A stretch of 63,953 bases of DNA, filler included, from Vannella sp. (GCA_023345925.1; 7 parts of 7 records of this genome joined end to end with filler, not necessarily neighbours in it), one strand, 5' to 3'. Shown: positions 35,723 through 48,600, numbered from the whole stretch's first letter. The notes: a model not told the origin generated them from the letters alone. Made by a program: numbers and translations.

Positions 35723-37357
35723 TTACTGAAGGAGGTAGAAGATAACAGCAAGGAGCAAGACGAGGATGGGGAGGAGTTTGAGAGCGACCTTGGCAAAGTG
35801 GACGAGCACGGACACTTCCCCGATGCTGCCCACGGTGTAGCCACAGCGCCAGATACCACCGTGGAAGGAGTTCTCCTTGAATAGCTCCAGAGGGTTGTCC
35901 AACTTGCGAGAGGGGTGAGAGACTGAGTCCTTGTTGCGGACGTCATGGATCAACAAGGCGCTCATCACTGCGTTGGAGGTCTCCTGTTGGAAGATCTCGA
36001 GAGGCTTGAAGAAGGGCATTCCATCGTAAGCCCAGGCAAACTGGCGGTTGTGAACAACAGAAGCAGTGGCTGTTGAGGGAGCGATGTTGGAGGACACCAC
36101 GCACCCTTCTGATCGGGCTACGATCGCTCTCCAGTGTTGCATACGTTTGGCTAAGGCATAGTTTGGTCCCTGGGCCACGACGAGGCCATCGACGTAGGCA
36201 AACTCCTTTCCGTCCTGGGCCTTGACAGTGGGTTGGACATTCTTGGCGAGCATGTTGCGGGGGGTGAGAAGGCGGAGAGGCTTCAACACGAGGCCATCAA
36301 GGCCCATCGAGTTGTATTGTTGCAGAGCAGCGGAATGAGCCTCCGCGGGAATGACGTGAGTGTCTGTTGGTGTGCAAAGGAAGGCAATACCAGACTTGCG
36401 CTTCTCACAAAGACCCTAATTCCTTTGGTGTTAACGAAGTCTCAATAGGAGGAAGGGACTTGCCTTCATAATAGCATCGCATGCGAGGACCACACGGACA
36501 TGAGCTTCTCCATCAAGGTAGACGTAGCATCCCACAGTGAGGCTCTTCTCAGGGTAAACCGTTTGGAGCCAGTTGTTAATCTCTGGCACCTCCGCGATGA
36601 GATCGCAGCCTGCATTATCGAAGAGATCATCGTCTCCTTTGATCTCTGCCTCGGGCTTGCGAAGGGGGAAGGTCATCGTGCCACAAGAATCACGAGCCAG
36701 TCCAATGAGGCGCTTCCAAATGCCAGGGCGGTTGAGGTCAACAGCAATTACGTTGGCTCCAAGGGCAAGTAAGACCAACAGAGGCCCCATAGCCGATCCA
36801 GCTCCAAGCAGAACAAAGTATTGGTCGCTGAGGTCAGTCCATTCAGGGTTCTTGGCAACAGAGATGATGGCCTCTGCACAAGAGGGCTCAATCGTTCCAT
36901 AGTCACGCCATTGGGTGACTTGCTTGATGAGAGCGTCTCCCTTCAATGTACGGCCTTTGTAAGGCACCTCAAGCTCGAAGCGGGAGGGGCGTTGACCTTG
37001 ACCCTTAACAAAGCCGGTTTGGAAGGATCCCTGGTAGCGCTTCATCGCCTCTGCCAAGGTGCAGGTGTCATCCCCACGGATAAAGTCGAAGGTGTTGTGC
37101 AACTCGTTGAGACCCGCCTTGGCAGCATTCAAGGCATTGGAAGGGGATGCTAGAGACTCGCGAACATGCTGGTTAATGAACTTTTGGTAGCCATAGCGCC
37201 AGTTGCGCTCTTTCTCCACCTGCGCGGCTCCCTCGGAGTTGATAGCGCGGAAAGTCGCAGCCCAAACCTTCTTCTGAGCGTCTGTCGTGCTCCGTTCTCC
37301 CTTTTCGTTTGCTGGGAAGGTAACACCGGCGGGCTTGCGTGGGGCAGGAGCGGGCAT
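35723..37357 (-). CDS. Conserved uncharacterised Rossmann-like protein with C-terminal membrane anchor; 2 exons, GC-AG intron
   Basis: VLLGAGSAMGP...VIAVD (dinucleotide-binding-like), AFLCTPTD, QGPNYALAKRMQHWRA. Intron 36416-36463 gives 298 + 231 codons in frame. Confidence 0.8.
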
Positions 37358-37451
37358 GACGTCACCGGACCAAAGAGAGACGGGAAAAGGATCTTCCCTT
37401 CTAGTGCCAATAAATGGGAGCGGGGAATCAGTATCTCTGCAGAGAAACGCG

Positions 37452-40400
37452 TTATTTAATTAGAGTCAAGCGGGCCTGGCGCTTTTGAGCGGCCGCGGCT
37501 AATCGGTCCTCGCGTTTGTTGTTTCGAGGGAAGCGGAAGAAGTGGTCGAAAGTGTCGCACACGTAAAAGGATTGCAATGTGGTGAGGCATATCTTAGCTT
37601 CCAAGCGCTGATCCACGTGGAGATTGCGGTTCCAATGTGGCTGTCGAAGTGTCTTGCGCTTGTTCCTGTGGGCCAATTTGAATCAATCTAGTCCTTTTGA
37701 CTCACGGGATGGGCACTCTTACCGTAACAAAAACACTTTGCGCCTTCGCACTTCTTCATCTGGCAAGGAGGATTGGAAGAGAGTGCGGAGGTGTCCCTTG
37801 TAGCGCTGCTTTGCTGAGGCGATGCTCACCACTGGCTGCTCTCTGATGTGATCCAGAAGGCAGAAAGTTAGTTTGGCAGACGGTTTCCCTTCCTTCTGGC
37901 GGTAAATGATACGGAAACAGCGATCATGTTCCACAGTCTCACAGGCATTCGTTCGATAGTGAAGGTTATCTAATCCTTCGTAGACTCGATGGCTTTCAAA
38001 GTAATAGAGTGCCAGAAGGCGTTGGTGTTCCTCTTGGGTACAAAGACTCACTAAAGAGTCGGCCATCTCTCCGAGAACCTGCTCTAAAGTGAAGAGAATG
38101 TAGGGCGCAGTGTATCCGAAGAGTTGTTTGCATTCCTCTTCGAACTTTGTTTGGTCGATGCTCTCATGGATAAGAGGAAGCAGCATTTTGTGCAGAAAGT
38201 GGAGATAAACATCTTCCACAGTCTGGAACTGTGCCACCTGCGGTTCCTTGAATGCCTCGGAGGTCAGGAGAGGTTTCATAGGAACGGGTATGCGCTGGCG
38301 CACTGCATGCAAAGCCATGGTATACACGGAGGCCAGGCGGGAGGAAACGACTTCAAAGAGCCGCAGGAACATATAAAATTCGTCTGTTCCATAAAAAACT
38401 TTGTGAGAGGTTACCTTGGAGCCACTTTTGACAAGAAAGAGATCTTCCAGAAACTCCTCGAAGAAAGTGTTCACTTCCTTGTTGGTGCGAAGAACATCTT
38501 TGTAGGATTCTTCGAGAAAGTGACGCAGAACCATAATCACATCCTGAAGCACCTTTGGGTGCGGCACAGAATACTCCAAGTGGTCTTGGTCTCGGCCATC
38601 CAAACGCTGTTCAAACTTGGACTTGTTTAATTCGGCTAAGAAGTCTGTGAATGTGAGTGCCTTCTTATCACGTTGCTTAAAGGCAACGCTCTGGTGGTCC
38701 AAAGCTTTAGAAGAGTTTTTCTCATGGATTTGTTGCCAAGTCTTGTTGATACCAACTCTGTGTTGACGCAACTCTGCGTCTGTTTGCTTAAGGCGTCGGA
38801 GAACGCAGGGGATTCCCACTGCCGGATTTTGGTAGACATTCTGAAGCATTTCTTTGCCTTGCTCTTTGTATAGTCTCTCAATTGTGCTAAGGTGTAGTAC
38901 TTCCAGCTTCTCCGCCACGCTGAATTGTGACAGCTGTTCTTGATTGAGAGGTTTCATTTGAAGGAGAATGGAATCCAATGCATAGATAGCAGCAGTGTTT
39001 TGCTCAATCACCATGTCCAGGCCATAGCGGTCGTCCTCGCACTTGAAAAGAGTTTCCTCAAAGTTGTTTTTTTTGGAGGACTTGAAGTTGGCACCTTCTT
39101 CGCTTCCAGTGGGAAGGGAAACCCACAGGTCATTCAAAACTTCGTTGCACAGGGCGGTACGGCCTGAGGAAGGGGGTTGAACGTATTCTTGAGGGAACGA
39201 CCGATAACTTGGTCCCAAACGCTTGCAGGCAGTGTAGTCGATATCTAGACGAGAGAAAATACCATCACTAGGAGGAGGAGCAGGAAGAGGCGTCCCTCCG
39301 AGACCACCAAGACCTGTTCCATATGGAAAACGGCAAAGATCGCAGAACTCTTTGAAAATCTCTGGATAGTCGATAAAGAGATCCTCAGCCAGGGCGAGTA
39401 GCTCTGCTGGGGAGAGGATTTGCTTGTTCAAGAGAATAATGCATTTGAGGAACTCTTGATAAAGCTCGTGCTCGTTCCGAAGGAGGCGCTTAGCCCTCTC
39501 AAAGAAAGTGTAGTCGTTAACCTGAGCGATAGGCTGCACTCGGACAGCATTAGGGTCCGGCAAAAACGAAGGAAACTGAAGCAGCAAGTCGGTGTGGTGC
39601 TGAAACAAACCGGTCATCTTCACAAACACTTCCTTCAGGTCTATCTCTTGTCGTTTGTGGAGATGCAAGACACGCACAAACTCTCGATACATCCCTGGCT
39701 GCGTTCGGAACCGATTCTAAACGCACCCATGTCTCAGCAAGACGACCAAGTTTCCCTTTTCCCTCCTCTGTCGTACCTTGACCGTCTCGACGAAATACTT
39801 TGCTCGTTCTACATCTGAAGCAGTGGTTTCCCTAGGTGGAGGCACAAAAGCGGGCTGGGTCACATCCAAAGGTGCTGCATTGATAGCGACAGGCGGCCCT
39901 CTCCCGTGTGGGCGAGGGGGAGGTCGATCCTCCACTTGCGCGGGCTCACTCTCTTCCGAGTCACATTCTAAAGGGAGGAAAATGCGGAACTCGTCCAAAA
40001 GATGGTTAAAGCCGCGGAACAAGGCCGACACCTGCTCCATGCATTGGTTGGGGGTGATTCTGCCCTTCCGGTTAGCAGTTGCCTTCCCGGGGGAGCTTTG
40101 TTGGTGCTATCTCCATCTCTCTCCTTTCATCAAAGCGGATGGTCGTGCGAGCGGGCACCACCCGCTCTGATCGAAGGGAGAGCGAGAGGACGGTTGAGGG
40201 GAGAGGAGGGGCAGCGGGCTTACTCGAATACTTGGTAACTCTTGAGGATATGAAGGAACTGGGAATAGACTTCAGGTCGGTCCAGAGAGAACTGGCGCTT
40301 CACTTTCTCTAGGAAGCCCATGGCGTTGGCAACCCCATCTTCTGCTCCCCTATCACGAGTGCTGTTAGATCACTGGTTCCACCCGCTTACTATTCGCTCA

Positions 40401-40464
40401 AGGAGACGTACGAAGCTATCCGCTTCGGGGCGGGTTCTATGCTGTTCTCGCGGGATCGCTTCAT
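37452..40464 (-). CDS. SIN3: Sin3 co-repressor (PAH domains plus HDAC-interacting domain), multi-exon
   Basis: AMGFLEKVKRQF...VYSQFL (PAH1), GPSYRSFP...SGRTALCNEVLNDLWVS, EETLFKCEDDRYGLD, KALDHQ, C-terminal LEAKIC. Confidence 0.92.
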
Positions 40465-41303
40465 GGCCAGAGCCAAGAAAAGAATAAGTCCACGTGTCCG
40501 TCCCCGCTCACCCCGCTTTATTCTTCTTTCCCATCTTCCTCCTGTTCCTGAACTGCTTTCTAACGGAACGCCCAAATAGACGCTGCTTTGGACTCTTTCG
40601 GGTTCCTCCTCTTCCTTTCAGGACAGATGGGCCAGGAGCGCACCGCAACCCGTTTCTACTCCTTTAGGATGAAGGGGTAGGATGGACTGCAGAAAGCAGA
40701 TGGGAAGGGAGGAACAAGATCCTTCGGAGGAGACTGGAAGCCGAATCTTCTTCTCGTCTCGCTCAAAGCCTGGTCTGCTATTCGGAACGCTTTTCATTAC
40801 ATTAAGAGTCTCGATGATCGGAAAAGAGGAGGAGGGGCCCAAAGAGGCTCCAAAGGACAAGTTCTGCTCCTCCGCTCTTGCCCAACAATCGCTCTCCATT
40901 TCTGACCGTGTGAAGCAGCTGAAAGGACTTGCATGAAAGAGCGAAGGAAGAAGCAGGTTTATGACTGAATCTCCACCTCAGTAAGCGCTCCTTCCTGTTT
41001 CAAGTCCCGACTTGCGCTAAAGACCTTGAAACTCTGCCAGCTTTGGCCCAGGATGGCGCTCAGCTCGGATCTCTTCTTCCATGTAGCCTTCTCAGACCGC
41101 ACATCTCTCAACAAGGGAACGAACGCCACCAGCGGCCAGTTTTGGCGCCAAGCTGCTTCCTTTTGCACTTGCCAGTTGCCACATTGAATCGAATCAGCGC
41201 GATTATGAAGGCGAAGAGTGAAAGCGAAGAAAAAGCGAGAAACGATCCTCATCGATGAGGACCCTTTAAGAAGGCTTTTCCTTTGACCCCGTCCCTGGTC
41301 AGC

Positions 41304-42265
41304 ATGGCTGAGATTGCCAAAGTGGGCCCTTACGTTATTGGAGAGACTCTCGGTGCAGGTGCTACTGGTACGGTTCATGGGGAGCGGAGCGCGCATCCTC
41401 CTCACCTTGGAGATAGGAAAGGTACGGCTCGGCTTCGACAAGCACACAGGACAGCAGGTAGCTGTAAAAATCATCAAGAAGACGCTCTTGGAGGACTCCT
41501 CTATGGCTACAAAGCTGCTACGCGAGATCGCAGTGATGAAGATCACCAACCACCCGAACGTTCTTCATCTTTTCGACTTTTACGAGGACCTCGATCACAT
41601 GTACGTGCTCCTCTCTTGGTAGAGTCCTCTTGGTGTGCTAACGCTTGCGTACGCGCTATTTCCGAAGGTTCCTCGTGCTCGAGTATGCTCCCAATGGCGA
41701 CCTTTACGATTACATCATCCGGAAGGGCATCATGGACAGCAGAGAGGCGCGGAGGTTGTTCAGACAGATCATTGAAGGACTGGATAGCTGCCACCAACGG
41801 TATGTGAGCCACCGAGACCTGAAACCAGAGAACCTCCTTCTTGATGCGGACAACAACATCAAGCTGGCCGACTTTGGAATGTGTGGTATCCAGCACAATG
41901 ACGCGCTCTTCACGACAAGCTGCGGCTCTCCGCACTACGCCAGTCCAGAAGTCATTGATGGAAGCGTTTATGACGGGGCGGCTGCGGATATGTGGAGTTG
42001 CGGGGTTGTCCTGTACGCTCTAGTGGCAGGAAAGCTTCCCTTCGACGGAGAAGATCTCACAGAAGTCCTCGACAGTGTACGAAGCGGCAAATACGAGATG
42101 CCGAACTTTGTTGATTCCTCCATTTGTGACTTGATCGCTCGCCTTCTGGTGTTGGACCCCGCTTCCCGATTCACTATCCCACAGATCAGAGAACACATAT
42201 GGAGGAATCAACAAAGTTCGGCATCTCGTATTTGCCGCTTCGTACACAGTCGAGGACTTCTGTGA
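41304..42265 (+). CDS. AMPK-related (BRSK/SAD-like) Ser/Thr kinase; true 3' end probably lost to a chimeric junction
   Basis: VGPYVIGETLGAGATG|KVRLG...VAVKII, HRDLKPEN, DFG, TSCGSPHYASPE, DMWSCGV. Confidence 0.88.
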
Positions 42266-42281
42266 GATCTTCTCCGTGGAA
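42041..42281. repeat. 83-bp inverted duplication (42041-42123 vs 42199-42281)
   Basis: 42199-42281 is the reverse complement of 42041-42123 with 2 mismatches and lies just before the contig end. Confidence 0.92.
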
Positions 42282-42298
42282 CATCACAATCGAAAGGC

Positions 42299-42398
42299 NN
42301 NNNNNNNNNNNNNNNNNNNNNNNNNNNNNNNNNNNNNNNNNNTTAATTAATTAANNNNNNNNNNNNNNNNNNNNNNNNNNNNNNNNNNNNNNNNNNNN
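42299..42398. other. Artificial contig spacer
   Basis: N44-TTAATTAATTAA-N44. Confidence 0.98.
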
Positions 42399-42821
42399 CA
42401 CAGGAAAGCCAGATCCCTTCAGGATGAGATTCCCTGATGGCCTAGTATATGTTGATGATAATTCTGTTGAGAACATTAATCCAGGATACCCAGTCTATCT
42501 GAAGCAGTGGTGCTTTCACTTGGAGAAGGAGAGCTTGTCACACTCTCACTCGAGGAGGCTGTTGTTGAAGCAGTGGAGCTTTCACAAAGAGTAGGAGAAC
42601 TTGAAGGACTCTCACTACTACTCGAAGAAGAGCTTCCGCTTTCACTCTCGCTACCACTCAGAGAGGGCGTTGCTGAAATGGAGGAACTGGCGCTGCAAGA
42701 GGGACTTTCCGAAGACCCCATTGGACAATTCGCCAACATTCCCACTCCGATTTGAATAATAATCAGCTAACTGGAGGGATATTATTTCAAATTATATATT
42801 ATTCTCATCAAGGGATTCTGC

Positions 42822-43796
42822 TTAAAATGGCTTCTTTTTGAGATCGACGAGTTTGAGGCTGTGGAAGAACTCGTCTGGGTGCATGAAGGTGGAGGAGGCG
42901 CTCATGACTCTGGAGAAGATGGATATCTCTAGGGGGTTCATAGCAGGGTGCCAAAGGTCGAGCATGAGGGTGACACGTTGGTTGTGACCGCGGTGCTGCA
43001 CTTCGTGGAGGAATGAGTCGTCGAATATGAGACACTTGCCCTCTTGGAAGTGGTGGGAGTCACGCCCTGCTGTGATCTCCACTTGATCACAGCCGATCAA
43101 ACCAAGGTGGCATGTTAACCGCATGTTGGAGGGGCCTGTGTGGGGGACAATGCGGCTACCAGGCATCAATGAAGAGAAGCAAACCATACCAGAGAGGAGG
43201 AGTCCCTCTTCCTTCAGCTGGTCGAGGATGGCAAACGTCTTAGGACAAAGAGAAGCGTTACTTGGCATCGGTTGGAACTGCTGCCAGAAGTAAAACACGT
43301 CCCATTTGCCCTTCCGGTTGGTCATGAGGCTCTTATCTGAGTTCACTCCATCGCCCTGGTACTCCACGAACTCTTTCTGTGCGTTTTCCCGGGAAAGGAG
43401 AAGGAGAAGCTCCTCTTTGATGGTAGGATAGTGCCTCTCGAGCTCCTGAGCAAGAGTGAGCCCAACAACAGTCAACACGAAGAGTCAGATCGGCTCACTT
43501 GGGCTAGTCGGAAGGAGGAGGAATCAAAAAACGTGGATGTGGGAAGATGTGGAAGGTAGAACGTGTAAGGTTGTTGTAGAGGATCAGGAAAGACGATATC
43601 TAGAGCGAACGTTAGCAGTCAGCGCTCACCCTTCTCTTGTTCTCCCACCCTTCTGGCCTGACAAGCCTTCAAACATTTCCCCCATTCGATCAAGCTCTCC
43701 ATTCGTGTACTCTTGAGGAAAGTCCTCCACAACAGACGCCCATTGTTGCGCAAACCAACTCTGGACCTGCGCTTTGGTCTTCGTCCTTATCACCAT
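42822..43796 (-). CDS. Aspartyl/asparaginyl beta-hydroxylase-domain (2OG-Fe(II)) protein, 3 exons
   Basis: IVPHTGPSNMRLTCHLGL, CLIFDDSFLHEVQH, RVTLMLDLWHP. Confidence 0.88.
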
Positions 43797-43981
43797 CACG
43801 AAAATGCAATGAGACCATTCCAAATGTAAACCATAAACAGATTAAAAGCCAAAGTGCTTAAAACTCAATAAGTAACAACAAGGCGGGTTTTCGCTATTTT
43901 TGGTTTTCTAGGAAATGTTGAAACACTAACTCCGGCACAAAAAAATGGGAGGTTCATTTGTGTGCTGATCCCTCGTGGTGG

Positions 43982-44989
43982 ATGAGAACTTTGCTGGTGG
44001 TGGACTATTCTGTGAACTGGGTGGAGGTGTTTGGGAGGAAGATGAGGTTGGAGAGTGGGGAGGAGCTCGTCATTGAACAGAGCGAATGGAAGAACATGAC
44101 TGTGGAGATGAGTTCAGAAGACGGCGCTGTCGTTCATTGCCGCGCAAGCAATGACCCCCTTCCTTTCACAAGACAGGGAGAGGACCGCATAATCAAACCT
44201 GACATGATGCTGGTTCGCAACTTCCCTATTGACCTGCGTTCCAAGGACTACAAGAACGAGCTGATGGGTCTCATGGCCGCGGGCGTTGACAGCGTCAACT
44301 CTTTACACTCCATCTTCATGTGCATGCACCGGCCACTACTGTACGGAGAGCTCCTCAAGGTGGCAAAGCAGCTCCACGCTTCCCCAGACTCTTCAGAGGC
44401 AGTCAAGTCCATCCACGTAGTGCCACTTAGGTACTTTGCCAACACTACTGACACCTCCTTGGGTACTGCTCGTCTCTCGCAGCCTTCTGGGAAGACTCTG
44501 CACTCAGGAAGCTTCCCCGCCGTGGTTAAAGTGTCCAACACGCACGCAGGCTTTGGTAAGATGTTCGTTCAGTCTCCCTCTGACTGGGATGACCTTCGAA
44601 GCATCTTAGCTCTGCGTTCTGACTACTACACGAGCGAGCCCAAGCTCGAGTTCGAGTACGAGTTTCGTATTCAGAGGATTGGCGCGCATTACCGCTGCTT
44701 CCGTCGCAACTCTGACACCTGCTGGAAGGGGAACTGGGGTAACGTCCAGTTCCAGGATCATCCCATGCAGGAACACTACAAGGTGTGGGCCGACGCGTGC
44801 GCAGGGCTGTTTGGAGGGATGGACATCATCGGAATCGATGTGCTCCACCTGAAAGACGGTTCTGACATCATCCTTGAAGTCAACGACACCGCCACTGGCT
44901 TGATGTGGGAGCACCAAGAGGAGGACTGCGCGTACATCAAGGAAGTCGTTCTCCAGCGAATGAACGAAGCGTTCCCCTCGTTGCGATGA
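43982..44989 (+). CDS. Synapsin-like ATP-grasp protein (synapsin C-domain only)
   Basis: LLVVD...W...F...IEQSEW; FPAVVKVSNTHAGFGKM; RIQRIGAHYRCFRR...WKGNWG; YKVWADACAGLFGGMDI...KDGSDIILEVND. These parallel the synapsin C-domain motifs. Confidence 0.88.
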   Translation: MRTLLVVDYSVNWVEVFGRKMRLESGEELVIEQSEWKNMTVEMSSEDGAVVHCRASNDPLPFTRQGEDRIIKPDMMLVRNFPIDLRSKDYKNELMGLMAAGVDSVNSLHSIFMCMHRPLLYGELLKVAKQLHASPDSSEAVKSIHVVPLRYFANTTDTSLGTARLSQPSGKTLHSGSFPAVVKVSNTHAGFGKMFVQSPSDWDDLRSILALRSDYYTSEPKLEFEYEFRIQRIGAHYRCFRRNSDTCWKGNWGNVQFQDHPMQEHYKVWADACAGLFGGMDIIGIDVLHLKDGSDIILEVNDTATGLMWEHQEEDCAYIKEVVLQRMNEAFPSLR

Positions 44990-45029
44990 TAAATAGCGAC
45001 TTCTGGTCACTCGAACATCACTTTTGGGG

Positions 45030-45644
45030 ATGCTGGACGTCGACTCCCTCTCCATTGGGGTGGTTGTGGCTTTGGTGGTGGTGGTTGTGACCTTTCTGGT
45101 GCAGAGACTGAACGGCGTGCAGATGTGGAATGCCAGGTTGACGTACGCCTTGGGAGAGGGCAACCGAGAGGAGGTGTTGAGCCTTTTGGAGCAAACTCCT
45201 CTCGATGCTACTCTTGATGGGGGCGATCACAAGGGCCAGAAGCTCATCCACCTGGCTACTGTTCTTGGCGACGTAGACATCATTGCTAAGCTGCTCCAGC
45301 GCCCTCCTAAGGCTCTGATCAGCGTTCATTCGGTTGTGGAAGAAACGGGAAACACTCCCCTTCACCTTGCTGCCCTCCATGGCAGGCGCCAGGTCGTTCA
45401 GAGTCTACTAGACCACGGTGCTGAGGTCAACTCGCGTAATAGGGAGGGGTGGACGCCTCTCCACATCGCCAGCATGAAAGGGCGACATCAAGTCAAAGAA
45501 GTCCTTTTGGCGGCTCGAGCAGATCCTGCGCTTCTCACGCGCTCTGGAATGTCCTCCTTTGAGCTGCAAGAGAGAGAGAAAGTCCATTACAGTGAGACTC
45601 GAGGGTGGATGGCACCCGAACCGACTCGGACGAATTCCACCTAA
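45030..45644 (+). CDS. Ankyrin-repeat protein with N-terminal TM anchor
   Basis: IGVVVALVVVVVTFLV; GNTPLHLAA, GWTPLHIAS. Confidence 0.88.
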   Translation: MLDVDSLSIGVVVALVVVVVTFLVQRLNGVQMWNARLTYALGEGNREEVLSLLEQTPLDATLDGGDHKGQKLIHLATVLGDVDIIAKLLQRPPKALISVHSVVEETGNTPLHLAALHGRRQVVQSLLDHGAEVNSRNREGWTPLHIASMKGRHQVKEVLLAARADPALLTRSGMSSFELQEREKVHYSETRGWMAPEPTRTNST

Positions 45645-45663
45645 AGTGAACCAACTGGCCTTA

Positions 45664-48600
45664 TCATTGGAGTTTATGAGCACCCTTGATGAAGTGGACA
45701 TCAGAAACAAGACCTCTTCCGATAGTGCGGATGTCAGAGACAATGTCAAAGATATTCCGGATGATAAACGGCTTCTTGCCGGATTGGCACGGTTCCTGCA
45801 AGGTTCTGTGAGTGCGTTTTGCTACAGATTGAAGGTGGCTACTTACAGGGAGCGGCATGCTATACTGGAGAGTGTGAGGCTTGACCACTTGTGGGAGGAA
45901 AGCGGCGGGCTTCCACACGATACCGACAAGATGGATGCCGGAATCTCCGTAGAAGAACATGGCAATGTCGCCAAAGTGTTTCTCCAACTCCTCTATTAGC
46001 TTGTGAACCGGATGGAGTCCCACTAGTAGCTGAGAGGGTCTCAGAGAGTCTCCAAAGTTCTTGAATTTGGAGACATGCTGGAGCAACTCGGCAGACTCAG
46101 TTGGCTCTCTTACTGTGACAGAGAGGTCGAGGTCCTTCAATACGCGGTCATACACGTTATTTCCTCTTCCATACGGTACCAGGTCTGGATGAAGACGCAA
46201 GACTGCATCGAAATCAGATAGAGGCGCAATGAAGAGAGTTTGCCATTCTCTCCAAGTCGAGAACTGGGATCCCGAGGAAGATGGAGAAAGGCTGGCTGTC
46301 AATCGCTCAACGCATTGCGTAGCTAAGGCTGTGATACGGTGGAGATTCATGGGAGAAGGTTCTGTTCGGGTCCAGTGCATCGAACGGAGATCTCTTGGTG
46401 TGGCAATAAACATGGCGCAGTGAGATTCTCCTCCCTCTTGCCTCCGAACGAGGTTGAATTGGGCGTGGATCTCATTGGATTGTTCCACAGTTAGTTCCTC
46501 GTTTACATCAACAATGAGAGGGTCGCTGCTCCATCGGTAGGACCCTAACAGATGGAGGAATCTAACGAACCCAATAATGTGAGATCTCGGGGGACTGAAC
46601 GGTTCAGGAGATGTGAACAGAGAGGCGACTAAGAGCTCTACAACTGGTTCACTTAGACATGCAGAGAGGAGTTGGGAGTGAACCCAATACTTGGCCAAGC
46701 GGACTGTAATGCCAAATGCATTATAACTTGCTTGCAGTCCTCGCATGGCTGCCCAGTGTGCCGGCATATCAGCTCCTTCCCTTTGCAGCGCTCTTCCATG
46801 TTGAATAGAGATGAACTGTTCTCTTGCAGACACTTCTTTGGGAAGGTAAATACGAATGCGGAAGACCAATCCCTCCAAAAAGACGTCCAAATGGGACTTG
46901 GTTAGAAGGCAGTCCGTACTATGGTGCTTCTTAAGTTCACGGGAAAGCAAAACATAGAACGCAGCTTTCAGAGCCTCAATGGCTTCGATATCGTTGGGCC
47001 ATTGGCCACTTTCTTCCAGACGAAGGTAAACAGAGAGCGGCTCTGCGTACCGGAGGATGTCACGGTTCAAAGAAGAGTCCCTCTCCCGAGGAATGAGAAG
47101 AGGATGGGGCGTGGGGACACTAGCACCGGTAAAATTCAACGCCGGATGGCATCGGAGAACCTCAGTAATACGCAGAGGGACATCTGGCAGCTCCAGTAAC
47201 ATCTCCTCCAGGGTTTCAAACACACTAACCAAGAACAAATTGGCCTTGGCAGGGGTAGGAAGTGTTTTGGTGGGAGCATGAAGGGAGAAGAGAACGGGGT
47301 CTACCTGCCCGCAGATGTAATGAAGCGCCTTCTCTTCCACCCCAAAGTGGCATTGTAAGAGATACGCTATTTGGATGGACGGGAGGAGGTGGCCACGCTC
47401 GGATTCCACCTCCCATTCAACGGCATGAACGACGCTTCCGTCATTCATCTGCCAAAGCTCTGCCTTCTCCTTCCACAAGGCTTTGAAAGCTTCAGTAGCT
47501 TCTTCATCATCTGCTGAGGGTCCACGCTCCAGCCGATTGAACGCTGTGGCAGGGTCAATCATGACACCCCCGACGATTCGAGAATGAGAGGGTGCTGACT
47601 CCCCCAAGGACCAAGAAGACAGCAAAGGGAAGCGCAGAACGATCAAAGGTAGTTTCTCATGAAGAGCGTCCTCCAACGTCTCTTGCATCTGAGCAATCAA
47701 CCGATCATCCCAGTTGCGATCATCCAACGGCTCTGATCGGGGCCTCTTTAAGAGGGAGGGAGGCGGCTGCATAGTAAAGTACTGATCAAACTTCAATGAG
47801 AATGATACTGGCTGCAAGAACAGGGCTTGGAAGCCTCGCTTTGCGTCCTCTTTGAGGTAGCCCATTGCCAAGTTCGCCTCGTGTTGGAGCTCTTTGATCC
47901 CTCCGAGAGTCACACGCGAGGTGAGGTTCAATCGACCTGACTGGTCCAAGAAAACAACGGGGAAGGCCTCTTTGAAGGCTTCAAAGACGTGAGGGGAGGG
48001 TTCCTCTGCCAAGGAGATGCCTTTGAGGATCGCTCCGGAGCCCAAGTACCCCAATGTGACACGGAAGAGCTGATAGGAGCTCATCTGAGTATTAAGTTGT
48101 CGTTGCTTGATCAAGTAGACCATCAGCATTGAGCTCAGGAAGCCGTTAAAGCTCCCTCCAGTGGGCAAATCGCGTTGGCGGAGCCACACCTTGAACATGA
48201 CGATCGCGTCCGCCAAGGGAGGGCACTCGCTGATTGCAGCGTGGAGTGCGGTCAGATGCTGGACTGCCATGAGATCCTCCATGATCGCGTTGTTGCGGAA
48301 GGGAGAAGGGCGCCCATTCTCCTCTCCTGTTGCGTCGTCCTCGCCTTGCATCTCATCATCAAGTGCAGATAGGTTGTGGCGAAGTGGTATCAAGCGTCCA
48401 GGACGGAACAGGCTCTCGGGAATGATCGTATGGATGCGGATGACAAAGCGAGTTTTCCTCTTCTTCTCTGTTCAGGTGTCAATTGGCGCGGATCAGCAGC
48501 GGAGAAGAGTAGAAACTAACGACTTGACTGTTTGACACAAAGTACTGGTTTGTGGCGGTCTCCCCGGAACGCTTCAAAGAAGATCCGCCCTCGATAAGCT

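Noticed and set aside
40560..41300. Short ORFs between Sin3 and the AMPK-related kinase (e.g. 40682-40936)
   Set aside because: No motifs or convincing splice model. Left unannotated, though the gap is long for this genome.
42476..42755. Ser/Thr-rich mucin-like ORF on the minus strand
   Set aside because: Short, low complexity, next to a contig edge and without a signal peptide. It may be a gene fragment but cannot be supported.
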